Positions 1 to 11,716 of a DNA stretch of 64,000 nucleotides are shown here, one piece after another. Each line of letters starts with the position of its first letter. Position 1 is the stretch's first letter. The position numbers and the translations under genes are program-made. The notes under the pieces were generated by a model. The model was not told the origin of the DNA, made no database searches, and saw only the letters and a list, made by a program, of their open reading frames with translations. This DNA is from Novakomyces olei (taxonomy: Eukaryota): the NCBI GenBank assembly GCA_016906335.1, contig JADEYG010000007.1, positions 1,240,001-1,304,000 on the forward strand, written 5' to 3'.

Positions 1-1
1 T

Positions 2-109
2 GAAGGACGACGACCTTATGTGGAAATGTATGAGGCGGACAAGGCTCGGTATGAACAGGAAAAGGAGGATTATGTTGCAAACGGCGGCGACAGGAGTATA
101 GTGGACTAG
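2..109 (+). CDS. 3' end of an HMG-box protein (truncated at the window edge)
   Basis: Frame 2 reads EGRRPYVEMYEADKARYEQEKEDY...*, which resembles helix 3 of Nhp6/Nhp10-type HMG boxes (PY...A..DK.RY..EK..Y). Confidence 0.6.
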   Translation, partial: EGRRPYVEMYEADKARYEQEKEDYVANGGDRSIVD

Positions 110-629
110 AGAGATAGCGCTGTTTTCAAATAGTTTATATGATAAACGAATTTTAGATTGGATTAATTCATTTATTGTTTTCAGTCATATATCACGCCAA
201 ATTGTTTCCTCTTCAAAATGTAATTTGAACAAATTATGTCGAGCAGAAGACATTTGAAGCAGAGTGACTACAAAGACTTGAAGTTATTGAGATTTAATGG
301 GCAAAAATATAGACCCCATCGTTTGAGCTTCATTTCCAAGTATCATTCATTAAAATCCTATTTGATTATCTAGTTTGGGGGATTTTCATTAAAAAATTGA
401 TTGGAAATTAAGATTGCGAGGCATAACCAAAACACAACTCCGGAACATATGCACATCATTTGACCAGAAACAACCAAAAAATGTAAAGCAATAAAATAAA
501 TAAATAATAAAAAAAAAAAAACAATAAAAAACGTAATTAACGATAGATTGATAAAAAGACAATTTCCAAGTCTAACCTCCATCAAAGCATAATGTAATCA
601 AAGCCAACAAAAAACCAGGCTGCAATGAT

Positions 630-2710
630 TTATGTCTGTAGTGACTTCATCAAATTGCGAATACGCGACACTATTAAAGCCGCCTCATTTCTGCTGTGTG
701 CCTCAAAATCGTACCGCTTTGTCTCCTTTGCCTTGGAGACAATTAATTTAAAGTTTACCGGTACTTTACGAGACTGGCGGCAAGCCAGAATTCGACTAGC
801 GTGGATACTCGATGTCTTTGGAACATCCACAATAATCTTTGATTCAGAGGGCAGAATTTGTACATATTCCCCATCAATGGCAAGTACACGTTCGTGCTTG
901 CCCATGAGTGACATTGGATAGCGTCGCCACACATTGAACTTTTCATAAGAAGTATTTCCCAGTAAATTAGATTGAGCAAAAGGCGAAAGAGTAGGCTCAG
1001 TCGCCCGTTCTTCCCGGTTGGGGCCCACTATAGGCGTCGCAGGGCTCATTGTATTACCAGAGTAAAGCATTGGAAAGGTTGTAAGCAACTTGCGTGGAAT
1101 AACATCCAACTCATAATTGCCCTGTAAACTTTGGACAACGCGATCAAGAGGAGCAATGATTTGCGTACCAGAAACGCGTAAAGCGTATGCTTTACGATCG
1201 AGATTACGCGACTGGCAAAACGAGTCCAACACATCAGCCAGATAAGTCTTAAGCTCGGTTTTAAGTACTGCGTACCTCCTTACAACACCAGTAGCAGCAG
1301 TTCCGTAAAACAATTTTAGAGATACACTGCCGCCGCTATCAGAGACCGACTCTTTTGCTGCCATCGTGGTACTATCGGCGGCCGCCTGCCTTGATTCTTG
1401 CACTGGATACATTAGTATTGAAAAGGACATTGTAAAAGTAAAATAATTGTAAAAAAAAATTTATATATATATAATGAACAATAAAAAAGTCAAATTATAA
1501 GCATACATCTGCTGGGAGACGCCTCGACCAGGGCAAACTTGTCAAACCCAAACTTTGAAATAGGCCTGGATCGCTCCAACGCTGGAAAATCATCATCCAA
1601 TTCGCCATCGTCCTCCACAATGCGCAGTGTCCAATTTGATGGCGAAGTTAAAACGCCCTGTAACTGCGGCTCAAGTCCCTCTTCAATGTACCGGTAAAGT
1701 GCAAAAGCAATAGTATCAGCGACAGTTATACCTGGTTTAACTGCAATTCTAAAAGGCTCCAAAGGCTTCGCTCCAGACGGGCGGTAAATTTCCAGGCGCA
1801 GCACATCGGGATCACCTTCACCGCTAAATCTAATGCACTGTTCGTACAAAGGATTGGCCGAAGCAACCTTTGCCTTGAGCATACAAGTAAGAGCAGATTT
1901 ATGCGTTACACGAGGAATAGGCTGGCTCTGCATTTTGAGTGACTCACTCTGCCGCCTCGTTCTCCGGCTGGTTGACTGCCTTCGCAAGCTGTTTGCTTCT
2001 GGCGTAGAAAAATCGTCTTCACTGAGCTCCAGCATTGACTGCGCTGTAGACGTCAAGCTCTGTGTAGCAGCCGCCATCGGCGATCGGGCGGCCGCAACGG
2101 GCGTGAGCGACTCGTCCTCCAGCTCCAGCGCGTCCGTGCTTTCGGCTATGGCCTGTGTAGAAATAGAAGAAGTCAGAAAAGTAAGTGACGATCTTGAGGC
2201 AATAGACGATTTTTTGGACACTGAATGGATCGATGAAGAGGACGACGATGGGCCTTTACTACTGCTGGCAAACTGCTCCGTATCCTCATCGCTCTCTTCT
2301 TCTTCTTCTTCTTCTTCTTCTTCCTCTGGAACATCGCCCATTGTTCGCTTAGTAAATGAAAAATCTGGAAATGACCTGCCTCCTCCAGTATTGTAAGCAG
2401 CCGAGCCCCTATCCTCCTCAGCATCAGTGTCTGTTGGCTCATCCCGATCAGCTGCCGGACCCCATTTTGTATAATTTGCATTGCTTCTTTTCCCGTTTTC
2501 CATTGCCTCATCGTCGTTCTGCCGCAACGGCGGCGAAGCACTGCGCGGGATATTAAGTATATCCCATCCTGCGCTTCGGTAAGGCCCGTCTGTCAGCTTG
2601 ATTGTGCTCGATCGCATAATCTGCTGGCTCACTGGGTCCAATGAGCTGCGCACAAAGCGCGAGCGCAGCCGAAAGACGAGAAACTGCTCATCGTCAAACA
2701 AAAGCGCCAT
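630..2710 (-). CDS. SIN1: TORC2 subunit Sin1/Avo1 (2 exons; intron 1403-1506)
   Basis: CRIM-like segment WTLRIVEDDGELDDDFPALER, and C-terminal PH domain GKHERVLAIDGEYVQI...KRYDFEA. A GTATGC...CTAAT...CAG intron joins the two ORFs in frame. Confidence 0.9.
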
Positions 2711-2910
2711 GTTTACTTTGCAAGGGATAACTTATCGCCCGTTTCTCATTGGCAAAGTGCTTGCGGGAATTGTGGTTTGGCGCCATACGAGTCCTCCGTT
2801 TCCCTTGGAATCATTGCCGTACAGAGGCAGTAGTGTATTGGCAGCTTTTATTCCAATGTTGCTCGTGTTTATCCACCAGATCTAATTAATCTGTCCATAA
2901 TTAATTAATT

Positions 2911-2912
2911 AA

Positions 2913-2987
<75 letters not shown>
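2911..2987. repeat. (TAAA)n microsatellite
   Basis: Direct reading of the sequence. Confidence 0.95.
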
Positions 2988-2989
<2 letters not shown>

Positions 2990-3058
2990 CTATAGGAATT
3001 ATTTTAGATTTGTGAACTTGATACTTTATACTTGTAGCTTATTATTATTCAACAACTA

Positions 3059-3276
3059 AAACTGCTCCACTTAGTACTTTACTTTCACCTTGGTCAAATA
3101 CCTAAGCTGCTCCAACTTTAGTACCTTAACTACTGTCACTAGTTATACTTTACTGCTGTCATTAGTTCTATACTTAGACTGCTGTCAGTTTAGTACTCAA
3201 ACTGCTGTCACTTTAGTTCTATGCTTAAACTGCTGTCACTTTAGTACTTTAACTGAGTATAGAACTAGAGTGACAG
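3059..3276. repeat. Degenerate 23-28 bp repeat array (core ACTGCTGTCACTTTAGT) with a terminal inverted copy
   Basis: About 7 direct units, followed by AGTATAGAACTAGAGTGACAG, which is the reverse complement of a unit. Confidence 0.8.
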
Positions 3277-3505
3277 ATCTGACAGAACATAGAATTTGTA
3301 GATTTCAATGAGTAATGTAGACGAATTATTCAAAGAAATAGTATAAATACGAGGCGTATAAACCCAATTTCTCAAGTGCTACTTGACTCCTCATTTGAGC
3401 AGCCTCGGCCCACATAGTATAAGTCGCCAGAATTACTTGCATTAATAATCCATACTATAGTGTCTGTCCAAGCATTGGAGGCAGACCAACCACTGAATAG
3501 GCACA

Positions 3506-3572
3506 CGTCAATTTTATACGCCAATTTTATACGTCAATTTTATACGCCAATTTTATGCGCCAATTTTATACG
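3506..3572. repeat. 13-bp tandem repeat (CGYCAATTTTATA) x5
   Basis: Direct reading; lies about 90 bp upstream of the F-box gene start. Confidence 0.9.
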
Positions 3573-3663
3573 TATTTTACACCAGAGTCTGTTACATAGC
3601 GTATGAAGAAACGGACCTGAAACGAACGCGGTTTGTAGTGCGCGCGGGCAGTTCGCAGCGCAA

Positions 3664-5487
3664 ATGGCAGCGTTTTTCGGTGGTGACGTAGACGCCTTCA
3701 CTGCTCCCAGCAGCGAAACCGGCCTCAGCTCTCCTCCACGAGCGGGCGAGTCCAACCGCTCCTCACTGCGTAAAGGCCCCCTGGCAATGATGATGATGCA
3801 GCAGTCGCGCAGGCCCGCTTCGCCGCCCACGCCGGCTGCCTCGCCGGCTCCCACTGCCGCCATCCTCCGTGCTGGTGACGTCAGACTGCCGCCGCTGGAG
3901 CTGGAGCCACGCAAGACTGTGGAGGACGGATGCGTGGGCTACTTTATGGCCGCGCCTTTAGAGCAGCGGCTGCCGCTGCTCCGGCGGCTCATTGACGCAT
4001 GTGATTTGGCGACAGTAAGCGGTGTGGCTGCGTACGTTGCGCCCAAGCTCAAGAAGGATTTCTTGCTGCATTTGCCCGTAGAATTAGGGCTCCGTATCCT
4101 CTCCCACATAGACGATCCGCAAACTTTAGCCCGCGCATCCCAAGTTTCGCGGCACTGGAACCGGCTGCTCAGCGACGATTGCACGTGGAAACGGCTGTGC
4201 TCAGTACACAGGTACCGTCGGCTGAGTATGGTCTCCTGCCCGGGTCCGTCTACTGGCTCTGGCAGTTCTAACCCTAGCGGCTCTGTCTCCAACACTAACG
4301 GCTCTGTCTCCAACTCTTGTGGGAGCAAGGCGGCAAGAGGACCAGATCCGCAGAGACTAATCAGGCCGCTGCCGGGTACGGCCTCGTACAAGTCCCACTT
4401 TAGGCAGAGGTACATGGTAGAGGCCGCCTGGCGCATGGGCGGGACACGAGTCAGGCGGCAGATCAGCTCTGATGCTGCCAGTACTGTCGTAACTGCACTC
4501 GCGCTGACGGAAAAGTATATAATCGTGGCCCTCGACAATTCTCGGATCCAGTCTTACACGCTGGACGGATCCTTTCACCGCACCCTCGAGGGCCACGAGT
4601 ACGGTGTGTGGGCTATGCACGCTGTGCGGGATACTCTGGTAAGTGGGGGGTGTGATCGTGACGTGCGTGTGTGGGATGTCAGCACTGGTGCGCCTAGGCA
4701 CGTGATGCGGGGTCATACTTCAACCGTTCGTTGTATCAAGATGCGGGATGAATCAACTGCCGTGTCTGGGTCACGTGACGCATCACTACGTGTGTGGGAT
4801 CTGCGCACGGGCGTTTGCAGGCGCGTGTTGTTGGGCCATTCTTTCAGCGTCCGCTGTCTCGACGTGCACGCAGACATTTGTGTGAGTGGGAGTTATGATA
4901 CAACTGCGCGTGTGTGGGATATTCAGTCGGGCGAGTGCTTGGCCGTGTTGGAAGGCCACTTTGGACAAATCTACGATATCGTCTTTGACGGCAGTGTTAT
5001 CTGTACCGGCAGCCTGGATACGAATATCCGTGTTTGGAGCGTCCAGGGTACGCTTTTGGCAGTCTTGCAGGGCCATACTTCGCTTGTCGGGCAGTTACAA
5101 ATGCGTTACCCTCTGCTTGTCTCTGGTGGCAGTGACGGTTGGGTCAGGATATGGAACTTGGAACGCGGCGAATGCGTTCACCGGCTCGCTGCCCACGATA
5201 ACTCTGTTACTTCCCTGCAATTTGACGATAATCATATCGTATCTGGCGGGCGGGATGGCCGTGTAACCCTGTGGGATACTCGGACCGGCCGGTTTGTACG
5301 TGAACTCATGGAGCCACCGGCCGATGAAGTTTGGCGAATAGCGTTCCATGAGGAACTGGCTGTTATTGCCGCCTCACAGGCTGGTAAAATCAATATTGAA
5401 ATTATCTCGTTTGCTCCTGCAAATGATATAGGCGGTGGAGCTCCTACTCCGCAAGAGCCAGAGCGGATTGCTGTTGAGGAGGCATGA
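3664..5487 (+). CDS. F-box/WD40 SCF substrate receptor, Cdc4/Pop1/Fbw7 family
   Basis: F-box DFLLHLPVELGLRILSHIDDPQTLARASQVSRHW followed by WD40 repeats (GHTSTVRC, SGSRDASLRVWD). Intronless. Confidence 0.9.
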   Translation: MAAFFGGDVDAFTAPSSETGLSSPPRAGESNRSSLRKGPLAMMMMQQSRRPASPPTPAASPAPTAAILRAGDVRLPPLELEPRKTVEDGCVGYFMAAPLEQRLPLLRRLIDACDLATVSGVAAYVAPKLKKDFLLHLPVELGLRILSHIDDPQTLARASQVSRHWNRLLSDDCTWKRLCSVHRYRRLSMVSCPGPSTGSGSSNPSGSVSNTNGSVSNSCGSKAARGPDPQRLIRPLPGTASYKSHFRQRYMVEAAWRMGGTRVRRQISSDAASTVVTALALTEKYIIVALDNSRIQSYTLDGSFHRTLEGHEYGVWAMHAVRDTLVSGGCDRDVRVWDVSTGAPRHVMRGHTSTVRCIKMRDESTAVSGSRDASLRVWDLRTGVCRRVLLGHSFSVRCLDVHADICVSGSYDTTARVWDIQSGECLAVLEGHFGQIYDIVFDGSVICTGSLDTNIRVWSVQGTLLAVLQGHTSLVGQLQMRYPLLVSGGSDGWVRIWNLERGECVHRLAAHDNSVTSLQFDDNHIVSGGRDGRVTLWDTRTGRFVRELMEPPADEVWRIAFHEELAVIAASQAGKINIEIISFAPANDIGGGAPTPQEPERIAVEEA

Positions 5488-6289
5488 TGAGTTTGGTTTG
5501 GGGGGATTTTGGGGAATTTTTTTTTTCTTTCTTCCATGTTTTGATTTAGTTTTTTAAGAGTAGTCATGCGAGGCGCATGAAATGAATATTTCTTTGATTG
5601 CTATTCCTGTTTTCGTTTTTTGTCCGTTTAGTGGAAATTTTTTAGTTTTGCAGCTTGATTTTTCTCTTGCCTGTGCTCGTGCGATTTACCGGGTTTGGAT
5701 TAAGGCTATACTAATATTTCCATTGTTTTTGCTCCATGCTCGTCATCATGATTTATCTCTCTTTTCTCTTTTGAACAACGGTTTTCTGGCATCATTTAGG
5801 GGTTGCGGGTTGGGTGGAAGTACCGTCTACGTGTTTGAGTTTATCTTGAGTTTGAGTTTGTTCTGTTTCTTTTTTTTTTCCTCCTTTGTTTAGCCAGTCT
5901 CGTCGAGTTGACCCACGTTGGCATTGTTTGAGTATCGTCTCTGTTCAACTCGATAATATAGTCGGCTTATTAAAAGAATCGTTACAGCCAAAGAGCACTT
6001 GTGATTATCGGCCATGATACTGGTATAAAGTGTGTTTGCAGGAGTGGACAATTATTCAAGCGGCTGCATTAATAAAAAAACTGTTTGCTCGGCGCACCTT
6101 GTCCGATAGATTATCAAAATATAATCAAACTATTCTTGTGAAGTATCCTGCCTGTCATTAATTCAATATATCATTAAAATAAAGTCAAATTGTGTGTCAA
6201 TTTAGTCAATGTTTAATGCTGTATGTATTACAAACGAAAATAGCAATGCAATTTTCGGTTCAGTTCACCGGTTCAGTCTGTCACGGAGG

Positions 6290-7904
6290 CTATAGTAGTT
6301 CAGCATAGACGTCGACTATAATATTTGCACAGGCAACCAGAATTTCTAAACAGTCAGCTTGTAATCTTCATTTGATTGCTTACCAGCCGCGATGAGTATA
6401 ATGACAATCCATTCCAAATACTCTCCGTGAGAGTGTTGCATCTATTCTGTTAGAAATGCCATCAGAATCTGAACCTACTTGCTCCTTTAGCATCGATAGT
6501 AGATCCCCGATTACTTCGACCCTCTGGTTCAAGAGGTCAACTCTTTGATCGATTTCCAAATAAGAGCTGAAAGGTTAGCAGGAGTGTAGATAATTATTTC
6601 GGAATATAGATACCGTGCAGCCCTATACGTAGGCTCCAGATGCGGCTCAGCCCACATGAGTTCAGGGCTATCGAGCACACTTCCTTGCAAATTGATGTTT
6701 ATACGGAGGATAAACAGCTCGCCGACACTCATCATAATCTCCTTGCGACTTAGCGACACTTTTCCCGTCTCTGCAATCATTTCAGGGATATCCTTTGTTG
6801 CCTCGATAGTGTTATCAACCAGTTCTTCAAAGAGTGAAATTTTTACTGATTGGGATATTGCGTGCGAAATAGACAATTTAACCATATAATTGCGGCCATC
6901 CTTGAGTGTTATAAAGTCGTTCCATATCTTTGATTAGCTTACTGCACAATTATAAACAAAACGGATAAAAGGCACTGTAGCAAGAGGAGAATTAAATGCA
7001 AAAAAAAAAAAAAAAAAAAAAAAAAAAGACGCCAAACAACATCAGTAAGGCTCGTGTATAAAAGCAAGCTGTGTGCACCCACCCTGGGCTGGTAAAGGCT
7101 GGTCACATAGTAATTAAACTCTTCAATCTCGATATCCTCAGGTGCTAGTTTTTCGACTTCGAACCGCGAAATATCCCTTAGAAACCTTTTCTCGTCGTCG
7201 CTCGTAAACCCCCAAAGAACCACAACGCCATAGTCAAACAAAAACACTTCGCTCAGCACCGGGGGTATATCATGGAGACCAGACATGTCGCCGTCATCAT
7301 TATCCCCGGCAGCCGGGGCCGCAGAACTCGTCCGCTGATTTAAGCCCAAAAGATCCGCAGTGTCTGCTCCTGACTTGGAAGACTGGCCATTTCCACCAGA
7401 GTAGGAAAATGGCGAATAAATACTATGGAGCATCGTACAGGTTAGAATAAAGCAGCTTAATACAAAACACAAGACTAACCATTCATCAATTTGTTTGGCC
7501 GACGTCTTGTTTACCGATTTGCGTGACTGGAAAAACTTGTGAACTGCCTCCATTCGAAAAGAATTGGCTATACAGTACGCAGTCACGCGAGGCAGTTTGT
7601 CTCTATGCGCTTTCCCGAGACGTTCAGCGTCTCGTCTCGCAGTTGTTCCCGTAATCTGTGATATTTGTGTATAAACGTCATCAATTTCGCTATCGCCTCT
7701 GTGATCCACAGACTCCTCCGGAAGCAGTTTTAGTTTTGATGCATTCTATTCTGTCAGCGCTGCTAGTCGGAAACAAGAGTCTACCTTTGAAGTTCGTTGG
7801 GGTCCGATTTTAGCAGCCGGAGCAGCTTGAGGTCGAGCTGTAAGAGGCAGCCGCAGCTCGTTCGTCTGCGGCTGTTTTGGCCTCGATGAGGCATTTGCCT
7901 GCAT
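6290..7904 (-). CDS. RMD1: Rmd1/Sif2-family (DUF155) protein, 7 exons
   Basis: LPRVTAYC, VFLFDYGVVVLWG, ISHAISQSVKISLFEELVD, LDSPELMW and HGEYLEWIVIILI. Six GT-AG introns with CTRAY branch points. Confidence 0.9.
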
Positions 7905-8038
7905 TGCTCGTTGGCTCTGATTACACAATCAAACTCGTATTTCTGGCTTTCTTGTCATGAGTTTCACAGGCTCTTTTGGCATGACAAAGATTGTACGCCA
8001 GCTCGTCGTAGCACATTTCTTATTCTGGAAATTCATAT

Positions 8039-8053
8039 TTAGGGTTAGGGTTA
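8039..8053. promoter_or_regulatory. Telobox-like TTAGGGTTAGGGTTA in the RMD1/URA7 divergent promoter
   Basis: Exact TTAGGG dimer between two divergent genes. Confidence 0.55.
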
Positions 8054-8259
8054 ACGATGATTTCTAGATAAACATATTACAGTTTGGTACAGTTGGTTGT
8101 ATGCACCTTTTTTCACAAGTGTCATTCATTTTCCGCAGTATAGACAGATAACCACCGATAAAAAGAATTATTTATTTTCAATTTATAAAAATATCTACGC
8201 GCATTAATAAATAAAAAGGCATATCGCTCGCACAGCTCACGACGGACGTACTTGTCAGT

Positions 8260-10444
8260 ATGAAGTACGTCGTAGTTTCAGGAGGTATGATTCGACCGAT
8301 TGCTTTGGTTTCAAAGTCACTAATTAATCTTTAAGGTGTGATTTCCGGCATTGGAAAGGGCGTTATCGGTAAGCTGAAAATGTGTTGCATGTGAAGAACT
8401 TTTGCGTGGCAAATTGATCTGTGCGCTCTTACGGGCCCATACTAATTCTACCCAGCTTCTTCTACAGGACTGCTGTTAAAAACGTTGGGGTTAAAGATAA
8501 GTGAAAGCACTATATTCGCTGATGTGATTGCTGCTGACATCAGATTCACGTGTCCGCTATTAAAATTGATCCTTACATGAACATTGACGCGGGAACAATG
8601 AGCCCGTTAGAGCATGGTTAGTGTATTTTTACCAGTTCATTTCTGTTTTCAATTTCAGTATTTCTTACCTTACAGGCGAGGTCTATGTACTTGATGACGG
8701 GGGCGAAGTCGATCTTGATCTCGGCAATTATGAGCGTTATTTGAACGTCACGCTTACACGCGACAACAATATTACTACTGGAAAGATCTATAGCCGAATT
8801 ATTGAAAAGGAGGTAACACGTGCCCTGCTAAAGTTGTGAGCTAACATGTCAAAGCGCCGTGGAGACTACCTCGGGAAAACGGTGCAAGTTGTTCCTCACG
8901 TAACAAATGAAATTCAGGACTGGGTAGAACGGGTGGCCAAAGTCCCTGTCGACGACAGCGAAGAAGAGCCGGATGTCTGCATTGTCGAGGTATGATTATT
9001 GCGACTAACTTTCTTTTGCTTATTTATTTTGGCTTTTTTTTTTTTTTTTTTGTTATTCTGAGTTTACCATTTCTTCTGTAAACCTCTATTATGACATATC
9101 CTAACAGTTCAGCTCGGTGGTACGTGCGGAGACATTGAGTCTGCTGCCTTTGTAGAGGCAATGCGGCAATTCCAATTCCGAGTGGGTCACGAAAACTTTG
9201 CTTTAATCCATGTTTCTCTTTTACCCGTTATTGGCGGCGAGCAAAAAACCAAACCCACCCAGGCGGCTATTCGCGAACTCCGTGGTCTTGGTCTCAGCCC
9301 TGATCTGATCGCCTGTAGATGCAGTGAGCCGCTAAACCGTGGATCTATTGAGAAAATTGCAATGTTTTGCCATGTCGGCCATGACCAGGTGCTTGCGGTG
9401 CACGATGTTTCCTCTACATACCACGTTCCTCTTCTACTGGAAGAGCAAAAACTGAGAGAAACACTGACTAAACGCCTAAACTTAAACAGCATCTCGATCT
9501 CTGATCGTCAAAGGACTAAAGGTGCCTCCCTATGGCATAGTTGGTGTACCCTGGTAACCTCAACAGACCGGTTTTTCGAGAAAGTGACAATAGTTTTGGT
9601 GGGCAAGTATACAGACTTGAAGGACTCTTACATCTCCGTGATTAAAAGCCTGGAACACGCAGCCATGCACTGCAATCGCAAGCTGGAGTTAATCTGGGTT
9701 GAATCGACACATTTGGAACAGGACAACACGTCTTCCACAAACTATCACAAGGCCTGGCATCAAGTATGCTCGGCCGACGGAATCTTGGTGCCTGGAGGCT
9801 TTGGCAGCCGGGGCATTGAGGGAATGGTTTCCGCTGCTAAATACGCACGCGAGAATAATGTTCCTTACTTTGGTATCTGCCTCGGACTGCAGATTGCAGT
9901 GATTGAATTCGCACGTAGCGTCTGCGGTGTGAAAGGTGCTACGTCCACTGAGTTCCACGAGGCCGCTGAGCAGCCAGTGATTATGTATATGCCAGAGATT
10001 GAGAGGGAAAAGATGGGCGGCACAATGCGGCTTGGGCTTAGGCCGACAGTGTTTGTTGAGGGGTCGGAAAAGTGCAAAATTCGAAAGCTTTACGGTGGCG
10101 TCGGAACCGTTTTCGAAAGGCACCGCCACCGCTACGAAGTGAACCCTGACTACATTGACCAAATCCAGAATCACGGCCTCAAGTTTGTCGGTAAAGATGA
10201 GAATGGGGTTCGTATGGAGATAATCGAGCTTGAAAATCATCCTTATTTTGTCGGTACACAGTATCATCCAGAGTACCTGACCCGGCCGCTCACCCCCTCT
10301 GCTCCATTTTTAGGGTTTATTGCTGCCAGTGCAAATGTGCTGGACACTGTTATGGAAGAAGCACCAGAGCTGGCTAGAAGGCCGCGTGGGCTTAGTCATA
10401 ACTTGGAGTACCTCAACAAACGGTCAAGCCTGCTGGACGGTTAG
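8260..10444 (+). CDS. URA7: CTP synthase, 7 exons (intron 3 non-canonical)
   Basis: Spliced N-terminus [58 protein letters not shown], plus [18 protein letters not shown] and QYHPE glutaminase motifs. Confidence 0.97.
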
Positions 10445-10585
10445 TGGGTCAGGGATAGGCATGAAGGTCTAGAATTTAGAATTATATATAATAAATTTAT
10501 GTGATTAAATTTGTAATCAAACGATGATGTCTATGTACAGGCCTGTTGGCTCAATTTTATTTTTGACATTTATACTTCTCTTGCC

Positions 10586-11599
10586 TTAAATCCTTTTTGT
10601 TTCGTTTTGCATCAAATCCGCGAACCGGGACCAGTCTGTGTGAAACTTGCTGCCCTTGGCTCGTGAAAGCTCTACCATCTCAGGGTACACAGTGTTCACC
10701 TCACCGAGGAGTACTAGGCGATGTAGCACAGAGTACTTTGTATCTTGATCCGTATTGTCCTTGATCCAAAGCAGGAGACTAACGTCAAAGATATCATAAA
10801 TCCTAACGCCATCAGCCGCATCTTTGGCAAGTTCCGTTTCGTCTGATCCATTGGCAACACTTGACCTCAGCCATTTCAAGGCAGCCTGCTTATTTCCATC
10901 TCGCAGAGCAAGTTTGCGATAAAGGCATTGTGCTTCCATTGAAGCATTGTGCTGAGCAAACAAAAGATCAGCCAGAATCTCTTGTGCATCGGGCGCCCGC
11001 TCATGCGCTGTTTCAGGCTCCATAAAGCACGATTTTGGCAAAATAGCCTTTGCAACAGTTCCATCACGATTCTTTTCGTTTTGTTTGATGAATCTCCGTA
11101 CGATGCCAACTGCTTTAGCGTCTTTGGGGCAAGATAGCCGTAGAGCCCATGCGAGTCCGTAATCAGCACGGTCAGTACCGCGCTTTAATTGCTCCAAGAC
11201 GGGGACCAGCAATCTGCCCCATAAAACACCGAATCGCGGAGGCGCTTGAGTAGATAGACTCAATATTTCCAGAGCCAGAGTATGCAATTTCTTGGGTCCA
11301 AACGTACCTGTTCAATAAGCCGTTGTGCTTTATTTAAAGGCTTTTATCTGTCACTCACTGAGGACTGCTGAACGCGATGCGGCCGAAGCATTAGGGCGAC
11401 GACAGGCTTCAATGCTGGTGTAGAGGATATGACGAATTTCGTCTTCAGCGGAAGGTTCAAAGTCGCATTGCCGCACAAACCTATAAAACGACGGCGGCAG
11501 TTTGGGCAAACCGGGTAAAGGCCGAAGCTGACTGAAGCGGCGCCATTGGCAAAAGGCAGCAGACGTCGCTGACGATACTCGTTTGATGCGTATCAACAT
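10586..11599 (-). CDS. Uncharacterised protein, probably mitochondrial (2 exons)
   Basis: Arg-rich presequence-like N-terminus. A GTGAGT...CAG intron (about 11308-11358) joins the 82-aa and 233-aa ORFs in frame. Confidence 0.65.
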
Positions 11600-11647
11600 G
11601 AATCAGTGTGCCGATCCAGACAATCTGCCAATATTTAGTATAAATAT

Positions 11648-11666
11648 TAACCCTAACTAACCCTAA
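11648..11666. promoter_or_regulatory. TAACCCTAACTAACCCTAA telobox pair in a 117-bp divergent promoter
   Basis: Direct reading; the same motif recurs at 20771 and, reversed, at 23615. Confidence 0.55.
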
Positions 11667-11716
11667 TGGTTCTATTAAATCGAGCGAGCGAGTCGTGCCG
11701 ATTCGAAATAAATAAT

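Noticed and set aside
3059-3276. CRISPR-like array
   Set aside because: The genome is eukaryotic, the units are contiguous and degenerate with no unique spacers, and no cas genes are present.
5903-5953. TCGAGTTGA...TCAACTCGA hairpin as a possible snoRNA
   Set aside because: Only a 9-bp stem, with no convincing box motifs or rRNA guide sequence identified.
8039-8053. Telomere or chromosome-fusion scar
   Set aside because: Only two units, and similar motifs recur in promoters, so a factor-binding site is the simpler explanation.
8497-8549. U12-type (minor spliceosome) assignment of the AT-AC intron
   Set aside because: It lacks the ATATCCT donor and the TCCTTAAC branch consensus; the signals are U2-like.
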